In this document: positions 25,001 to 38,800 of the stretch, piece by piece | How the letters are laid out: each line of letters opens with the position of its first letter | How positions within the stretch are numbered: position 1 is the stretch's first letter | NCBI RefSeq assembly: GCF_009914755.1 | Contig: NC_060938.1 | DNA: 64,000 nt | Source: the human T2T-CHM13v2.0 reference genome, Homo sapiens | Strand: one strand, 5' to 3' | The notes under the pieces: model-generated | The model's input: the letters and a program-made list of their open reading frames with translations, nothing else | Database searches by the model: none | What the model was told of the DNA's origin: nothing | Position numbers and translations under genes: made by a program

Positions 25001-28000
25001 GGTATGTAATGGAATGGAATCGAATAGAATGCAGTGGAATGGAATGGAATGTGATGGAATGGAATGGAGTTGAATGGTGTGGAATGGAGTAGAGTGGAAT
25101 GGAATGGACTGGAGTGGAGTGGAATGGAGTGGAGTGGAGTGGAATGGAATGGAATGGAGATAAGTGAAGAGTAATGGAGTAGGATGGAATTGATTGGGAT
25201 GGATTGTGGTGGAATGGAATGGAATGGAATGAAGTGGAGTGGAATGGAGTGGTATGGCATGGAATGAACTGTCGTGGAATGGAATGGAATGGAATGGAAT
25301 GACATGGAAAGGAGTGTACGGGAATGGAAAGAAATGGAAAGGAATGGAGTGGAATGGAATGGAATGAAGTGGAGTGGAATGGAGTGGTATGGCATGGAAT
25401 GGACTGTCGTGGAATGGAATGGAATGGAATGGAATGACATGGAAAGGAGTGTACGGGAATGGAAAGAAATGGAAAGGAATGGAGTGGAACAGAATGTAAT
25501 TGAATGGAATGGAATTTAAAGGAATGCAACAGGGATGAGCGGAGTGGGGTGGAATGGAATGGAATGGAGTGGAATGGCATGGAGTGGCATGGAAGGGAAT
25601 GGAGTGCAGTGTAATGGAGTGGAGTTGAATGGAGTGGTGCAAAATGGAATGGAACGAATTGTGATGGAAAGGACTGGAATTGAATGGAATGCAGTGGAGT
25701 GAATTGGAGTAGTATGGAATTTAGTGGAAAAAAATGGAATGGAATGGAATCCAAAGGAATGGCATGTAATGGAATGGAGTGGAATGGAATCGAGTTGAGT
25801 GTAGAGGAATGGAGTAGACTGGAATGGAATGGAATGGAATGGAATGGAATGGAATGGAGTGTGGTGGAAAGGAATGGAATTGAGTGGAGTGGAGTGGAAT
25901 GGAGTGGTATGCAATACAAAGGAATGTAGTGGAATGGAATGGAAAGGAAGGGAATGGAATGTACTGGAATGGAATGGAGTGGAGAGGAATGGAATTGAAT
26001 GGAATGGACTGGGGCGGAGGGGAGTGGGGTGGAATGGAATGGAATGGAGTGGAATGGAATGGAGTGGCATGGAATGGAGTGGAGTGGAGTGTAATGGAAT
26101 GGAGAGGAATGGATTGGAGTGGAATGGAATGGAACGAATTGCAGTCGAATGGAATGGAATGAAAGGCTGTTTAGTTGAATGGAGTGGTACGGATTGGAGT
26201 GCAATGGAATGGAATGAAATGCATAGGAATGTAAAGGAATGGAGTGCAGTAGAATGGAATGGAGGGTAGTGGAATGGAATGGAGTGGTGTGGAATGTAAT
26301 AGAATGGAAAGGAAAGAATAGGGAAGAGGGCAACGGGGTGGAATGGAGTGGATTGGAGAGAGATGGAATGCAATGGAATTTAGAGGAGAGGAGTGTAGTG
26401 GAATGGAATGGAGGTAAAAGTATTGGAGTGGAGTAGCTAGGATGGGAATGTAGTGGAATGGAATGGAATTCAGTGGAATGGAATGGATTGGAATGGAATG
26501 GAATGGATTGGAATGGAATGGAATGGAATGAAATGGAATGGATTGGAATGGAATGGAATGAATTGCAGTGGAGTGGAATGGAATTGAGTGGAGTGGAATG
26601 GAATGGAATGGAGTGGAATGGAGTGGAGTTGAGTGGCATGGGGACGAGTTGAATGGAATGGAATGGAATGGAATGGAATGGAATGGAATGCTATGGAGTG
26701 GAGTGGAGTTGAGTGGAGTGGATTGGAATGGAATAGAACAGAATGGAATAGAATGGAATGGAGTCAAATGGAATGGAGTAGAATGGAATGGAGTAATGGA
26801 GTAGAATGGAATGAAGTGGAATGAAATGCAGTGGAATGCAGTGGAGTGGATTGGAATGAAATGGAGTGGAATGGAGGTGAGTGGAATTGAATTTAATGGA
26901 TTGCAGTGGAGTGGAATGGACTGGATTTGAAAGGAGTGGAAAGGAGTGGATTGGAATGGATTGGAGTGGAACGGAAAGTAGTGGAATGGAGATGTTTGGA
27001 GTGGAATGGAATGGAGTGGAATGGAGTTGAGTGAAGTGGAATTCAATGGAATGGAATGGAGTGCAGTGGAGTGGAGTGGGGTGGAGTTGATGTAAATGGA
27101 ATGGAATGGAATGGAAAGGAATGGAATGGAGTAGAATGGTGTAGAGTGCAGTGGAATGTGATGGAATGAAGTGGAGAGGAATTCAATGGAATGGAATGGA
27201 ATGGAATGGAATGGAGTGGAATGGAGTGGAATGTAATGCAATGGTGTAGAGAGGAAAGGAATGGAATGGAGTGAAATGGATTGGAATGGAATCGAGTGGA
27301 ATGGAATGGTAATGAGGGGAGTGGAGTGAAACGGGTTGGAGTGGAATGGAGTACAGCGGAATGGAATGGAATGGAGTGGATTGAAGAGGAATGGAGTGGA
27401 ATGGAATGGAGTGGAAGGGAATGGAGTGGCGTGGAGTGGAATGGAATGGAGTGGAAGGGAATGGAGTGGCGTGGTGTGAAATGGAATGGAATAGAGTGGA
27501 CTGGAGTAGAGTGGAAAGGAACGGATTGTATTGGAAGGGAATGGAATGGAATGAAATGGAATGTAATAGAATGGAATGAAGTGGAATGAAATGGAATGGA
27601 GTGGAATGGAAGGAGTGGAGTGGAAGGGAATAGAATGGAATTGATTGGAGTGGAAAGGAATGGAGTGGAATGGAATGCATTGGAATGGAATGGATTGGAG
27701 AGGACTGGAATGGAATGCAGTGGAGTGAAGTAGAATGCAATGGAATAGAAACTGTGGAACGGACTGGAGTGGGGTGGAATGGAATGGAATGTAGTGGAGT
27801 GAATTAGAAAGGAATGGAATGGAATGAACTGGAGTGGACTGGAATGTAATGGAGTGGAATGGAATGGAATGGAGTGGAAAGAAATGCAGTGGAAAGGAGT
27901 GGCATGGAATGGAATGGAGTGGAGTGGAATGGAATGAAATGCAATGGAATGGAACGGTGTGGATTGGAACGGAATGGAGGGGAGTGGAATGGAGTGGAAT

Positions 28001-28900
28001 GGAATGGAATGGAATTGAATGGAAAGGAGGAGAGTGGAGTGGAATGGAACCGAGTGGAATGTAGTGGAGTGGAAAGGAATGGAATGGAATGCAATGGAAT
28101 GGAATGGAATGGAATGGAATGCAGTGGAATGGAATGGAATGGAATGGAATGGAATGGAATGGAATGGAATGGAATGCAATGGAATGGAATGGAATGGAAT
28201 GGAATGCAATGGAATGGAATGGAGTAGAATAGAATGGAATGGAGTGGAATCGAGTGGAATGGAAAAGAATGGACTGGAATGCATTGGAAAGGAATGGAAT
28301 GGAATGGAATGGAATGGAATGGAATGGAATGGAATGGATTGGAACGGAGTGTTGTAGAATTGAATGCAATGTAGAGGAGTGGAATGCAATGGAATTCAAT
28401 CTAATGGAATGCAGTGCAAAGGAATGGAATGGAATGGAGTGGAGTGGAGTGGAGGGGAGTGGAATGGAGTGGAGTGCAATGGAATGGAATGGAATTGAGT
28501 GGAGTGGAGTGAAATGGAATGGAATGGAATGGAATGAATTGGAATGTAAAGGAAGGGAGTGGATTTGAATGGAGAGGAACGAATTTTAGTGGAATGTAAT
28601 GGAATGGAACGGAATGCTCTGGATTTGAATGGAATGGTATGGAATGAAGTGAAATGGAATGGAAAGGAATGAAATGTAAAGTAATGGAATGGAAAGGAAA
28701 GGAGTTGAATGGAATGGAGTTGATTGGAGAAGAAAGGAGTAGAGTGGAATGGAATGGAATGGATTGTCGTGGAATGGAATGAAATTGAATGGAATGGTGT
28801 GGAATGGCGTGGTTTGGAATGGAACAGAGTGTATTGGAATTGAAGGGAATGGAAGGAATGGAATGGAATGGAATGGAATCGAATTGAATGGAGTGTACAG
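19090..28900 (+). repeat. Diverged paralogy at ~5.56-5.62 kb offset (about 19.1-23.3 kb versus 24.7-28.9 kb)
   Basis: GGGGAGGAGGGG 19097/24721; GAGATGGAATGCAATGGAAT 20796/26360; AAGTATTG 20853/26418; GGGACGAG (preceded by GGCATG) 21081/26641; GTGTACAGGAATGG 23276/28893. Best supported for 20.8-21.1 versus 26.4-26.7 kb. Confidence 0.65.
25216..25489 (+). repeat. Near-perfect 135-bp (27-monomer) tandem duplication
   Basis: CTGTCGT 25269/25404; GACATGGAAAGGAGTGTACGGG 25301/25436; only one difference seen (GAACT versus GGACT). Confidence 0.95.
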
Positions 28901-31900
28901 GAATGGAATGGATTGGAGAGGAATGGAATGGAATGGAATAGAATGGAATGGAATGGAATGGAATGGAATGGAATGGAACGGAATGGAATGGAATGAAATG
29001 GAATGGAACTGAATAGAATGGAATGGAATGGGGAGGAGGGAAATTGGGTGGAATGGAATGGAATGGAGTGGAATGGGATGGAGTGGCATCGAATGGAGTG
29101 GAGTGGTGTGGAATGGAGTGGAGTGGTGTGGAATGAAATGGAGTGGAATGGAGTGGAGTGGAATGGAAAGGAAAGAAGTGGAATGGAATGGAATCGAATG
29201 GAAAGGAATGCAGCGGTGTTGAATGGAGTTTTATAGAATGCAGTGTCTAGGAATGCAATGGAATGTAATGCAAAAGAATGTAATGGAATGGAATGGAAAC
29301 GAATAGAGTGGAATGGAGTGCAGTGGAGTGGAGTGCAATGGAATGGAATGGAATGGAATGGAAGGGAATGGATTGCAATGGAATGGAGTGGAATGGAATG
29401 GAGTGGAGTGGAGTGGAGTGCAATGGAATGAAATGGAATTGAATGGAATGGAACGGACTGGATTGGAATGGACTGAAGTGCCGTGGATTTCAGAGGAGTA
29501 GAGTGGAATGGAATGGAACGGAGTGGAGTGGAATGGAACGGAATGCAGTGGACTGGAATGGAATGTAGTGGAGTGAAATGGAGTGGAGTGTACTGGAATG
29601 GAGTGGAATAGAATTGAGTGGAGTGGAATGGAACTCAGTGTAATGGAATGGAAGGGAATGGAGTGGAATGGAGTTGAGTGGAGTGGAGTGGAATGGAATG
29701 GAGTGGAATGGAATGGAGTGAGTGAAATGGAGTGGAGTGGAATAGAGTGGAGTGGAATGGAGTGAAATGTAATAGAATGGATTAAAGTGGTATGGAATGG
29801 AGTGGAATTAATTTGAGCGGAATGGAGTGGCTTGGAATGGAGTGGGGTCGAGTGGAATGGAACGGAATGGAATGGAATGGGAAGGAATGGAGTGGAGGTG
29901 AGTGAAGAAGAGTGGAGTGGATTGGAATGGAACGGAGTGGAATAGATTGGAATTGAGTGGAGTGGAGTGGAGTGGTGTGGAATGGAATGGAGTCAAACGG
30001 AATGGAATGGAACGCAATGGAGTGGAGTGGAAAGGAATCGAAATGGAATGGAATGGAATGGAATGGAATGGAATGGAATGGAATGGACTGGAGTGGAGTA
30101 AAGTGGAGTGGATTGTAGTGGAGTGGAATGGAGTGGAGTGGAATGGAGGGGAGTGGAGTGGAGTGGAGTGAAGAGGAATGGAATGGAATGGATTTTAGTA
30201 GAGTGGAGTCGTGTGGAGTGGAGTGGAATGGTGTGGAGTGGATTGGAATGGATTGGAGTGGTGTGGAGTGGAGTGGAATGGAAAGGAATAGAATGGAGTG
30301 GAATGGAGTGGAGTGTCATAGAATGGAGTGTAATGGAATGGAATGGAATAGAGTTTTAGTGCAATGGAATGAAGGATAATGCAGTGGAGTGGAGCGGAAT
30401 CGAAAGGAAAGGAATGAATTGGAATGGACTGGAGTTGAGTGGATAGGAGTGGAGTGGAGTGAATTGGAATGGAACGAAATGGAATGGAATGGAATTGAGT
30501 GGAGATGAGAAGAGTGTACTGTAGAGGAGTGCAATGGGGTTGAATGAAAGGGACTTAAGTGGAATGGAGTGGAATGTAATGGAATGAAATGGAATGGAGT
30601 GGTGTGGAATGGAATGGAGTGGAGTGGAATGGAGTGGTGTGGAATGGAATGGAGAGGAGGGGAATGGAGTGGATTGGATTATAATGTAGAAAGAGGAATG
30701 GAATTGAATGGAGCGAAGTCAAATAAATTGGAGTGGATTGAAGAGGATTGTAATTGAGTGGAATGGAGTGGAATCGAAAGGAGTAGGGTGGATTGGAGTG
30801 GAGTAGAGTGCAATGAAATGGAATGGGGTGGAGTGGAGTGGACTATACTGGAGTTGAATGAGGTGGAGTGGAGTGGAATTGAATGGTGTGGAATGGAATG
30901 CAATGGAGTGCAATGGAGTGGAGTTGAGTGGAATGAAATGAATGGATTGGAGCGGATTGGAATGGAATTGAATGGAATGGATTGGATTGGAATGGACTGG
31001 AATGTTTTGGAATGGAATGGAGTGGAGTGGAATGGAGTGTAGTGGAATGGAGTGGAGTGGAATGGAGCGGAATGGGATGGAATGGAGTGAAGTGTAATGG
31101 ATTGGAGAGGAGTGGAATAGAGCAGGGAGGAATGGAGTGGAATGGAAAATCATGAAGTGGATTGGAGTGGAATGGAGTGTAGTGGATTTTAATGAAGTGG
31201 AAAGCAATGGATTGAAATGGAAGGGAGTGGAATGGAGTGGAATTTAATGGAATGGAGTGGAGTGGAATGGATTGGAGAGGAATGGAATGGAATGGAATAG
31301 AATGGAGTGTTATGGAATGGAATGGAGTGGAATGGAATAGAATGTAGTGGAATGGAGTGGAGTGGAGTGGCGTGGAAAGTAATGGAGTAGAATGGAATAT
31401 AACGTAGTGTTATAAGGTGGATTGGAATGGAGTGGAGTGGAATAGAATGGAGTGGACAGGAATTGAATGGAGTTGAATGGAATGGAATTGAATGAAGAGG
31501 AGCAGAGTGGAGTTGAGTGGAATGGAGTGGAGTCGAATGAAATGGAATGGAGTGGAATAGAATGGAATGGAATGGAATGGACAAAATTGGAGAGGAGTGG
31601 AGTGAAGAGGAGTGTGGTGGAGTGGAACCGAATGGAGTGGATTGTAATGGAATGGAATGGAATGCAATGGAATGGAATGAAGTGGAGTGGAATGGAATGG
31701 AGTGTAATGGAATGGAATGGAGTGGAGAGGAATGGAATGGTGTGGATAGGAATGGAATGGAATGGAGAGGAATGAAGTGGAGTGGAGTGGGGTCTTTTGG
31801 AGTGGAGTAGAATAGAGCTGAGTTGAGTTCAGTGGAGTGTAACGAAATTGAGTGGAGTGCAATGGAGTGAAGAAGCATGGAATGGAATGGAGTGGAGTGC

Positions 31901-32790
31901 AATGGCATGGAGGGTAGGGGTATGGAATGGAGTGGAGTGGAATGGCATGGAGTGGAGTGATATGGAATGGAGTGGAGTGGAATGGAGTGGAGTGGAGTGG
32001 AGTGGAATGGGGTGGAATTGGATAGAGAGAAGTGGAATGGAATGGAATGGAATGGAGTTCAGTGGAATGGACTGGAATAAAAAGGAATGGAGTGGAATGA
32101 TATGTAATGGATTGGAGTGGAATGGAATGGAGTGGAGTGGAATGGAATGGAGTGGAATTGAATGGAATTGAACGGAGCGGATTGCAGTGGAGTGGAGTGG
32201 AATGGAGTGGAGAGGAGTGGAATGGAATGGAATGCAATTGAATGGAGTGGAGAAGAGTGTACTGGAGTGGAGTAGTATGATGTTCAATGGAATGCAGGAA
32301 AGTGGAATGGAATGGAATGGAATGGACTGGAGTGGAATGCAGTGGAGTGGAATGCAGTACAGTGGAATGGTGTAGAGTTGAATGGAGTGGACTGGAGAGG
32401 AATGGAGATGAGTGGAAAGGAAAGGAATGGAATGGAATGGAAGGGAGTGAAGTGCAATGGAGTGGATTGGATTGGAATGGAGTGTAGTGGAATGGAATGC
32501 AATGGAGTGGAAAGGAATGAAGTGGAGTGAAGAGAAGTAGAGTGTAGTTGAGTGGAGTGGAGTCGAATTGAATGGAGTAGAGTGGAGTGGAGTGGAGTAG
32601 AGTGGAGTGGAGTGGAATGGAATGGAGTGGTTAGGAATTGAATAAATTGGAATACAATGGATTGGAATGTAGTGGAGTGGAGTGGAATGGAACGGAGTGG
32701 ATTGGAATGAAATGGAGCAGACTGGGGTGGAGTGGAATGGAAGGGAATAGAGTGGAATGGAAAGGAGTGGAATGTAGTGTAATGGAGTGG

Positions 32791-32830
32791 AGTGGGGAGG
32801 GATGGAGTGGAGTGGGGAGGGATGGAGTGG
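32791..32830 (+). repeat. Perfect 20-bp duplication (AGTGGGGAGGGATGGAGTGG x2)
   Basis: Two identical adjacent copies of a G-rich variant unit. Confidence 0.88.
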
Positions 32831-35800
32831 AGTGGAAGGGAGTGGAGTGTAATGAAGTGGAATGTGTTGGAATGAGGATGGATGGAGTGAAGTGGAATTA
32901 CATGGTGTGGAGTGGATTGGAAAGGAGTGCAATGGAATGCAGTGGAATCGAATGGAATGCAATGGAATCAAATGGAATGGAAGGGAGTGGAAAGGCATGG
33001 AGTGGAGTGCTGTGGATTGCAGTGGATTGCAGTGGAATGGAATGCAATAGAATGGAATGGATTGGAGTGGAATTGACTGAAGTGGAGTGGATTGGAGTGG
33101 AGTGGAGTGGAATGGAATGGAATGGAGTGGATTGGGATGCAGTGGAAAGGAATGGAAGGGAGAGCAATGAAATGGAATGGAGTGGAATGGAATGGAGTGG
33201 AGTGGAGTGGGGTGGAATGGAATGGAGTGGAGTGGAATGCAGTGGAATGGAATAGAAGGAGTGGAATGGAATGGAATGGAGTGGAGTGGGGTGGAGTAGA
33301 ATGGAGTGGAATGGAATGGAAAAGAAAGGAGTGGAGTGGATTTGAGCGGAATACAATGGAATGGAATGGATTGGAGTGGAGTGGAGTGGAGTGGAATGGA
33401 ATGGAGTGGCAAGCAGTGGAATGGAGTGTTGTGGAATGGAATGGAGTGGAGTGTAATGGAATGGACTGGAATGAAATGGTATGGAATGAAGTAGAGTGGA
33501 ATGGAATGGAGTGGAATGGAGTTGGGTGGAATGGAATGCAATGGAATGAAATGGAATGGAGTGGAATGAACTGAAATGTAATGTAATGGAATGGAGTGGA
33601 ATGGAATGGAGTGGACTGGAATGTAACGGATTGGAGTGGAATGGAAACTAACAGAGTGGAATGGATTGCGGTGGAGTAGATAGGAGTGGAGAAGAGTGGA
33701 GTGAAATGAAGGGGAGTGGTGTGGAGTCGAATGAAATGGAATCGAGTGGAGTGGAATGGCATCGAGTGGAGTGGAACTGAGTGGAGTGAATTGGAATGGA
33801 TTGGAGTGGAATGCAATAAAATGGAATGGAATGGAATGGCAAGGAATGGAATGGGACGAAAAGAAGTGGAGGGGAGTAGATTGGCGTGGAGTGGAGGGGA
33901 ATGGAATGGAGTGGAATGTAGTGGATGGGACTGGAGTGGAATGGAATCGAGTGGAATTGAATAGAATAGAGAGGCATGGAATGGAATGCAATGGAGTGGA
34001 GCGTAATGGAGTGGCGTAGAGTGGAGTGGAAGGGAGTCGAATAGAATGGTATGGAATACAATGGAGTGGAGTGAAATGGGGTGGAATGGAGTGAAGTGGA
34101 CTGGAGCAGTGTGGAATGGAATGGGGTGGACTGGAGTGGAGTGGAATGTTGCAGAGTGGAGTGGTATGAGGTGAAATGGAATGGAATGGAGATTAAAGGA
34201 GTGGCATGGAGTGGAGAAGAGTAGAATGGAATGGAGTGAAGTGAAATGGAATGGAATGGAGTGGGTTGGATGGAATGTAATGAAAAGGAATGAAGTGGAG
34301 TGGAGTGGAATGGAGTTGTGTTGCGTAGACTGGAATGGAGTTGAATGGAGAGCAGTGGAATGGAATGCAGTGGAGTGCAATGGAAGGGAGTGGAATGGGA
34401 TATAGTGCAGTGGAATGGAGTTGAGTGGAATGGAATGGAGTGGAGTGGAACCGAGTGGAGTTGAGTAGAATGGAGTATTGTGGAATGGAATGGAATAGAA
34501 TGGAATGGAATGACCATGAATGGAATGGAATGGAGTGGAGTGGACTAGAATTTAGTGGAGTAGAATGGAATGTAATGTAGAGGAATGGACTGAAAAGGAG
34601 TGGAGTCGAATCGAATGGAGTGCAATGGAATGGAATGGCATGGAATTGAATGGAAAGGATTGGAGAGGAATGGAGAGCAGTGGAATGGAGTGGAGAGGAC
34701 TGGAATGAAGAGGAGTTGAACGGAATGGAGTACAGTGGAGTGAAATGGAAAAGAGCGGAATGGAGATGAGTGGAATGGAATGGAGATGAGTGCAATGGAA
34801 TGGAGTGCAGTGGAATGGAATGGAGTGGAAAGGAATGGAATGGAAGGAAGTGGAGTGAAATGCAGTGGATTGGAATGGAATGGAGTGGAGAGGAAAGGAA
34901 TGGAATGGAATGGAATGGAATGGAATGGAATGGAATGGAATGGAGTAGAGTGGAATGGAATGGAGGGGAATGAAATGGAATGGAGTGGAGTGGAATGGAA
35001 AAGAGTGGAATGGAATGAAGTGGAGTGGAATGCAGTGAAGTGGAGTGGAATGGAATTGAGTGGATTGGAATGGAATGGAGTGGAGTGGATTAGAGTGGAG
35101 TGGAGTGGAGTGGAGTGGATTGGAATGGAATGGAGTGGAGTAAAGTGGAATGGAATGGAGTGGAGTGGAATTGAGTTGCATGGACGAGAAATGAGGGGAA
35201 AGGAATGGAGTGGATTGGAATGGAATGTAGTGGAGCAGAGTGGATTGGAAAGGAGTGGAATGGACTGGAGTGGAATGGAAAGAAATGGAGTGGACATGAA
35301 TGAAATGGAGTGGAGTAGAGCGGAGTGGAGTGGAGTGGAGTGGAGTTGAGAATAGTGGAATGGAATGGACTGAAGTGGAATGGACTGTAGTGCAGTGGAT
35401 TGGAGAGGAGTACAGGGGAATGGAATGGAACAGGGTGGAATAGAATATAATGGAGTGGAGTGAAATGGAATGGAGTGGAGTGGAATGGAGTGGAGTGTAT
35501 TGGAATGAAATGTAATAGAATGGAGTGGAGTGGAATGGTATCGAGTGGAATGGAATGGAATGGATTGGAATGAAGTTGATTGGAGTGGAGTGGAGTGGAG
35601 TGGAATGGAATGGAGTGGAATGAAAAGGAGTTCAGTGGAATAGAGTAGAGTGGAATGGAGTGGAAGGGAATAGAATGCAGTGGAATGGAGTGGAGTGGAG
35701 TGGAATGGATTGGAGTGGAATGGAATGGAATGGAATGGAATGGAATGGAATGGAGTGGAGTGGAATGCAATTTATTGGAATGGGGTGGAATGGAGTAGAT

Positions 35801-38800
35801 TGGAATGGAAACGAGTGCAAAGAGTGGAGTGGAGTGGAATGGAGTGGAGTGGAATGGAACTGAGTGGAGTAGAATTTAATGGAATGGAGTTGATTGGATT
35901 GGAAATGAATGGAGTGTAGTGGACTGTGGTGGAACTGAATGGAATGTAGTGGAGGAGAGTGGAAAGAAATGGAGTGGAATGGAGTTTAATGGAAAGAATG
36001 GATAGGAGTGGAATGGAATGGGGAGGAGTTGAAGGGAATCGAGTGGATTGGAATGGAGTGAAGTGGAATTGAATGGAATAGATTGGATTGGAATGGAATG
36101 GAATGGATTGGAGTGAAATGGAGTGTAGTGGAATGAAGTGGAGTGGAGAGAAATGGAGTGGAATGGAGGGGACGGGAGAGGAAAGGAGTCTAGCGGAGTC
36201 GAATGGAGTGGAGTGGAATGGAAGGGATTGGTGTGGACTCGAATGGAGTTGAGTGGAGAGGAGTGGAATGGAATGCAGTGGAGTGGAATGCAATGGAAAG
36301 GAATGGAACGGGGAGGAATGGAGTGGAGTGGAGTGGAGTGGAATGGAATGAGGGGAATGGAGTGAAATATAGTGGAGTGAAATGGAATGGAGTGGAGTGG
36401 AATGGAATGTAATGGATTGGAAAGGAATGGAATGGAACGCAGTAGAGTGAAATGGAGAGGACTGGAACAGAGTTGGGTGGAATGGAATGGAGAGGAGTGG
36501 AATGGAATGGAGCAGAATGACATGGAGTAGAGTGGAGTGGATTGGTGTGGAATGGCTAGGAATGGAATGGAAAGTAGTGGAGTGGAGTGGAGTGGAATGG
36601 AATGAAGTGAAATGCAACGGAATGCAGTGGAATGGAATGGGATACAATGGACTGGAACGTATAGAATGGAGTGGAATGGAATGAATTGGAATGAAAGGGA
36701 ATGGAATGGAAGGGAATGGATTGGAAAGGAATTCAGAGTTGCGGAGTGGAATGGAATGGATTGGATTAGAATGGAATGGAATGGAATGGAGTTGAATGGA
36801 ATGGAATGGAATGGAGGGGAATAGAATGCAGTGGAGCAGGATGGAATGGAGTGAAGTGGAATGGAATGAAGTCGAGTGGAATGGCGTGGAGTGGAGTGGA
36901 ATGGAATGAAGTGGAATGGAACGACGTGGAGTGGAGTGGAATGGATAGGACATTAGTGGAAGGGAGTGTGGTGGAATGGAGTGGAGTGGAATGGAATGGT
37001 GTGAAGTGGAATGGAGTGGAGTGGGTGGAATGGAGTGTAGTGGAGTGGAGTGGAACGGAATTCAATGGAATGGAGGGGAGTAGAGTGAAGTGGAATGGAA
37101 TGGAGTGGATTTTCGTAGAGTGGAGTGGAGTGTAGTGAAATGCAATAGAAAGGAATGGATTGTAGTGGAATGGAATGGAACAGAACGGAGTGGAATCGAA
37201 CGGAATGGAGTGAACTGGAATGGGAAGGAATGGAGATAAATGGAATAGAGTGAATTGGAATGGATTGGAATATAACGGAGTGAAGTGAAATGGAAAGGAG
37301 AGGAAAGGAATGGAATGGAACGGAATGGAGTAGAGATGAGTGGAGTGGAGTGGTATGGAATGGAGTAGAATAGAATGGAGTGGAATGGAGTAGAGAGGAG
37401 TGGAGTGGACTGGTATGGAATGGAGTGGAATGGAATGGAGGAGAGTAGAATGGAGTGGAGAGTACTGGAATGGAGTGGAATAGGAAGGAGTGGAGTGGAA
37501 TGGAATTGAATGGAGTGGAATGGAGTGGAGTGTATTGGAATGGAGTGGAATAAAATGGAGAGGAGTGGAATGGAGTGGAATAGAATGGAGTGGAGTGGAA
37601 TGGAATGGAGTGGAATGGAGTTGAGTAAAGTGGAGTGGAGTGGAAAGGAATGGAGTGGAATGGAATGGAGTGGAGTGGAATACAGTGGAGTGGAATGGAA
37701 TGGAATGGAGGAGAGTTGAATGGAATGGAGTGAAATGGAATGGAATGCAGTTGAGCGGAACGGATTGGAGTGGAATGGAGTACAGTCGAGTGGAATGCAA
37801 TGGAATGGAATGGCATGGGCAGGAATGGAGTAGAGTGAAGAAGAGTGGAGTGGAGTGGAGTGGAATGGAATGGAGTGGAACGGATTGGAATTCAATGGAG
37901 TGGAGTGGAGTGGAGTGGTGTGGAGTGGAATGGCGTGGAATGGAATTGAAAGGAAAGCAGTGGAGTTGAGTGTAATGGAATGGAATGGAGTGGAGTAAAG
38001 TGTAGTGTATTGGAGTGGAGTGGAATGGAGTGGAGTGGAATGGAGTGATGAGGAATGGAAAGGAATGGGATGGACTGGCGTGGAAGGGAATGCAATAGAG
38101 TGGAGTGGAATGCACTGGAGTGGAATGGAGTGGAATGGAGTGGATTGCAAACGAGTGTAGTTGAAAGGAGTGGAGTGGAGTGGAATGGAGTGGAGTGGAA
38201 TTGAAAGGAGCAGTGTGGATTGGAAGGGAATTGGTTGGAATGGGATGGAACAGAATGGAATGGAGTTGAGTGGAGTGGAGTGGAATGGAATTTAATGGAG
38301 TGGGATGGAATGGAGTGGAATGGAGTGGAGTGGAGTAAAAAGGAATGTAGTGGAATGGAGTGGAATGTGTGGAGTGGAATGGAAAAGAGTGGAGTGTAGT
38401 GGAATGGATTGGAGTGGAAAGAAATGTAATCGAATTGAGTGGAGTGCAATATAGTGGAGAGGAATGGAGTGGAATGGAATAGAATTGAGTGGAATGGAAT
38501 GGAGGGTAGTGGAATGGAAGGGAGTGGAATGGAATGGAGTGGAGTGGAGTGGATTGGTGTGGAATGGCATGGAATGGAATAGAATGGAATATAAAGGAGT
38601 GGAGTGGAAAGGAACGGAGTGTATTAGAATGGAATGGAATGTAGTGGAATGGATAGGACAGGAATGGGTTGTAGTGCAGCAGAGTGGAATGGAATGGAAA
38701 GGGGTGGAGAGGAGTTGAATGGAATGGATGGAATGGAGTTGAATGGAAGGGAGTGGAATGGAATGGACTGGAATGGAGTGGAATGGAATGGAGTGGAGTG

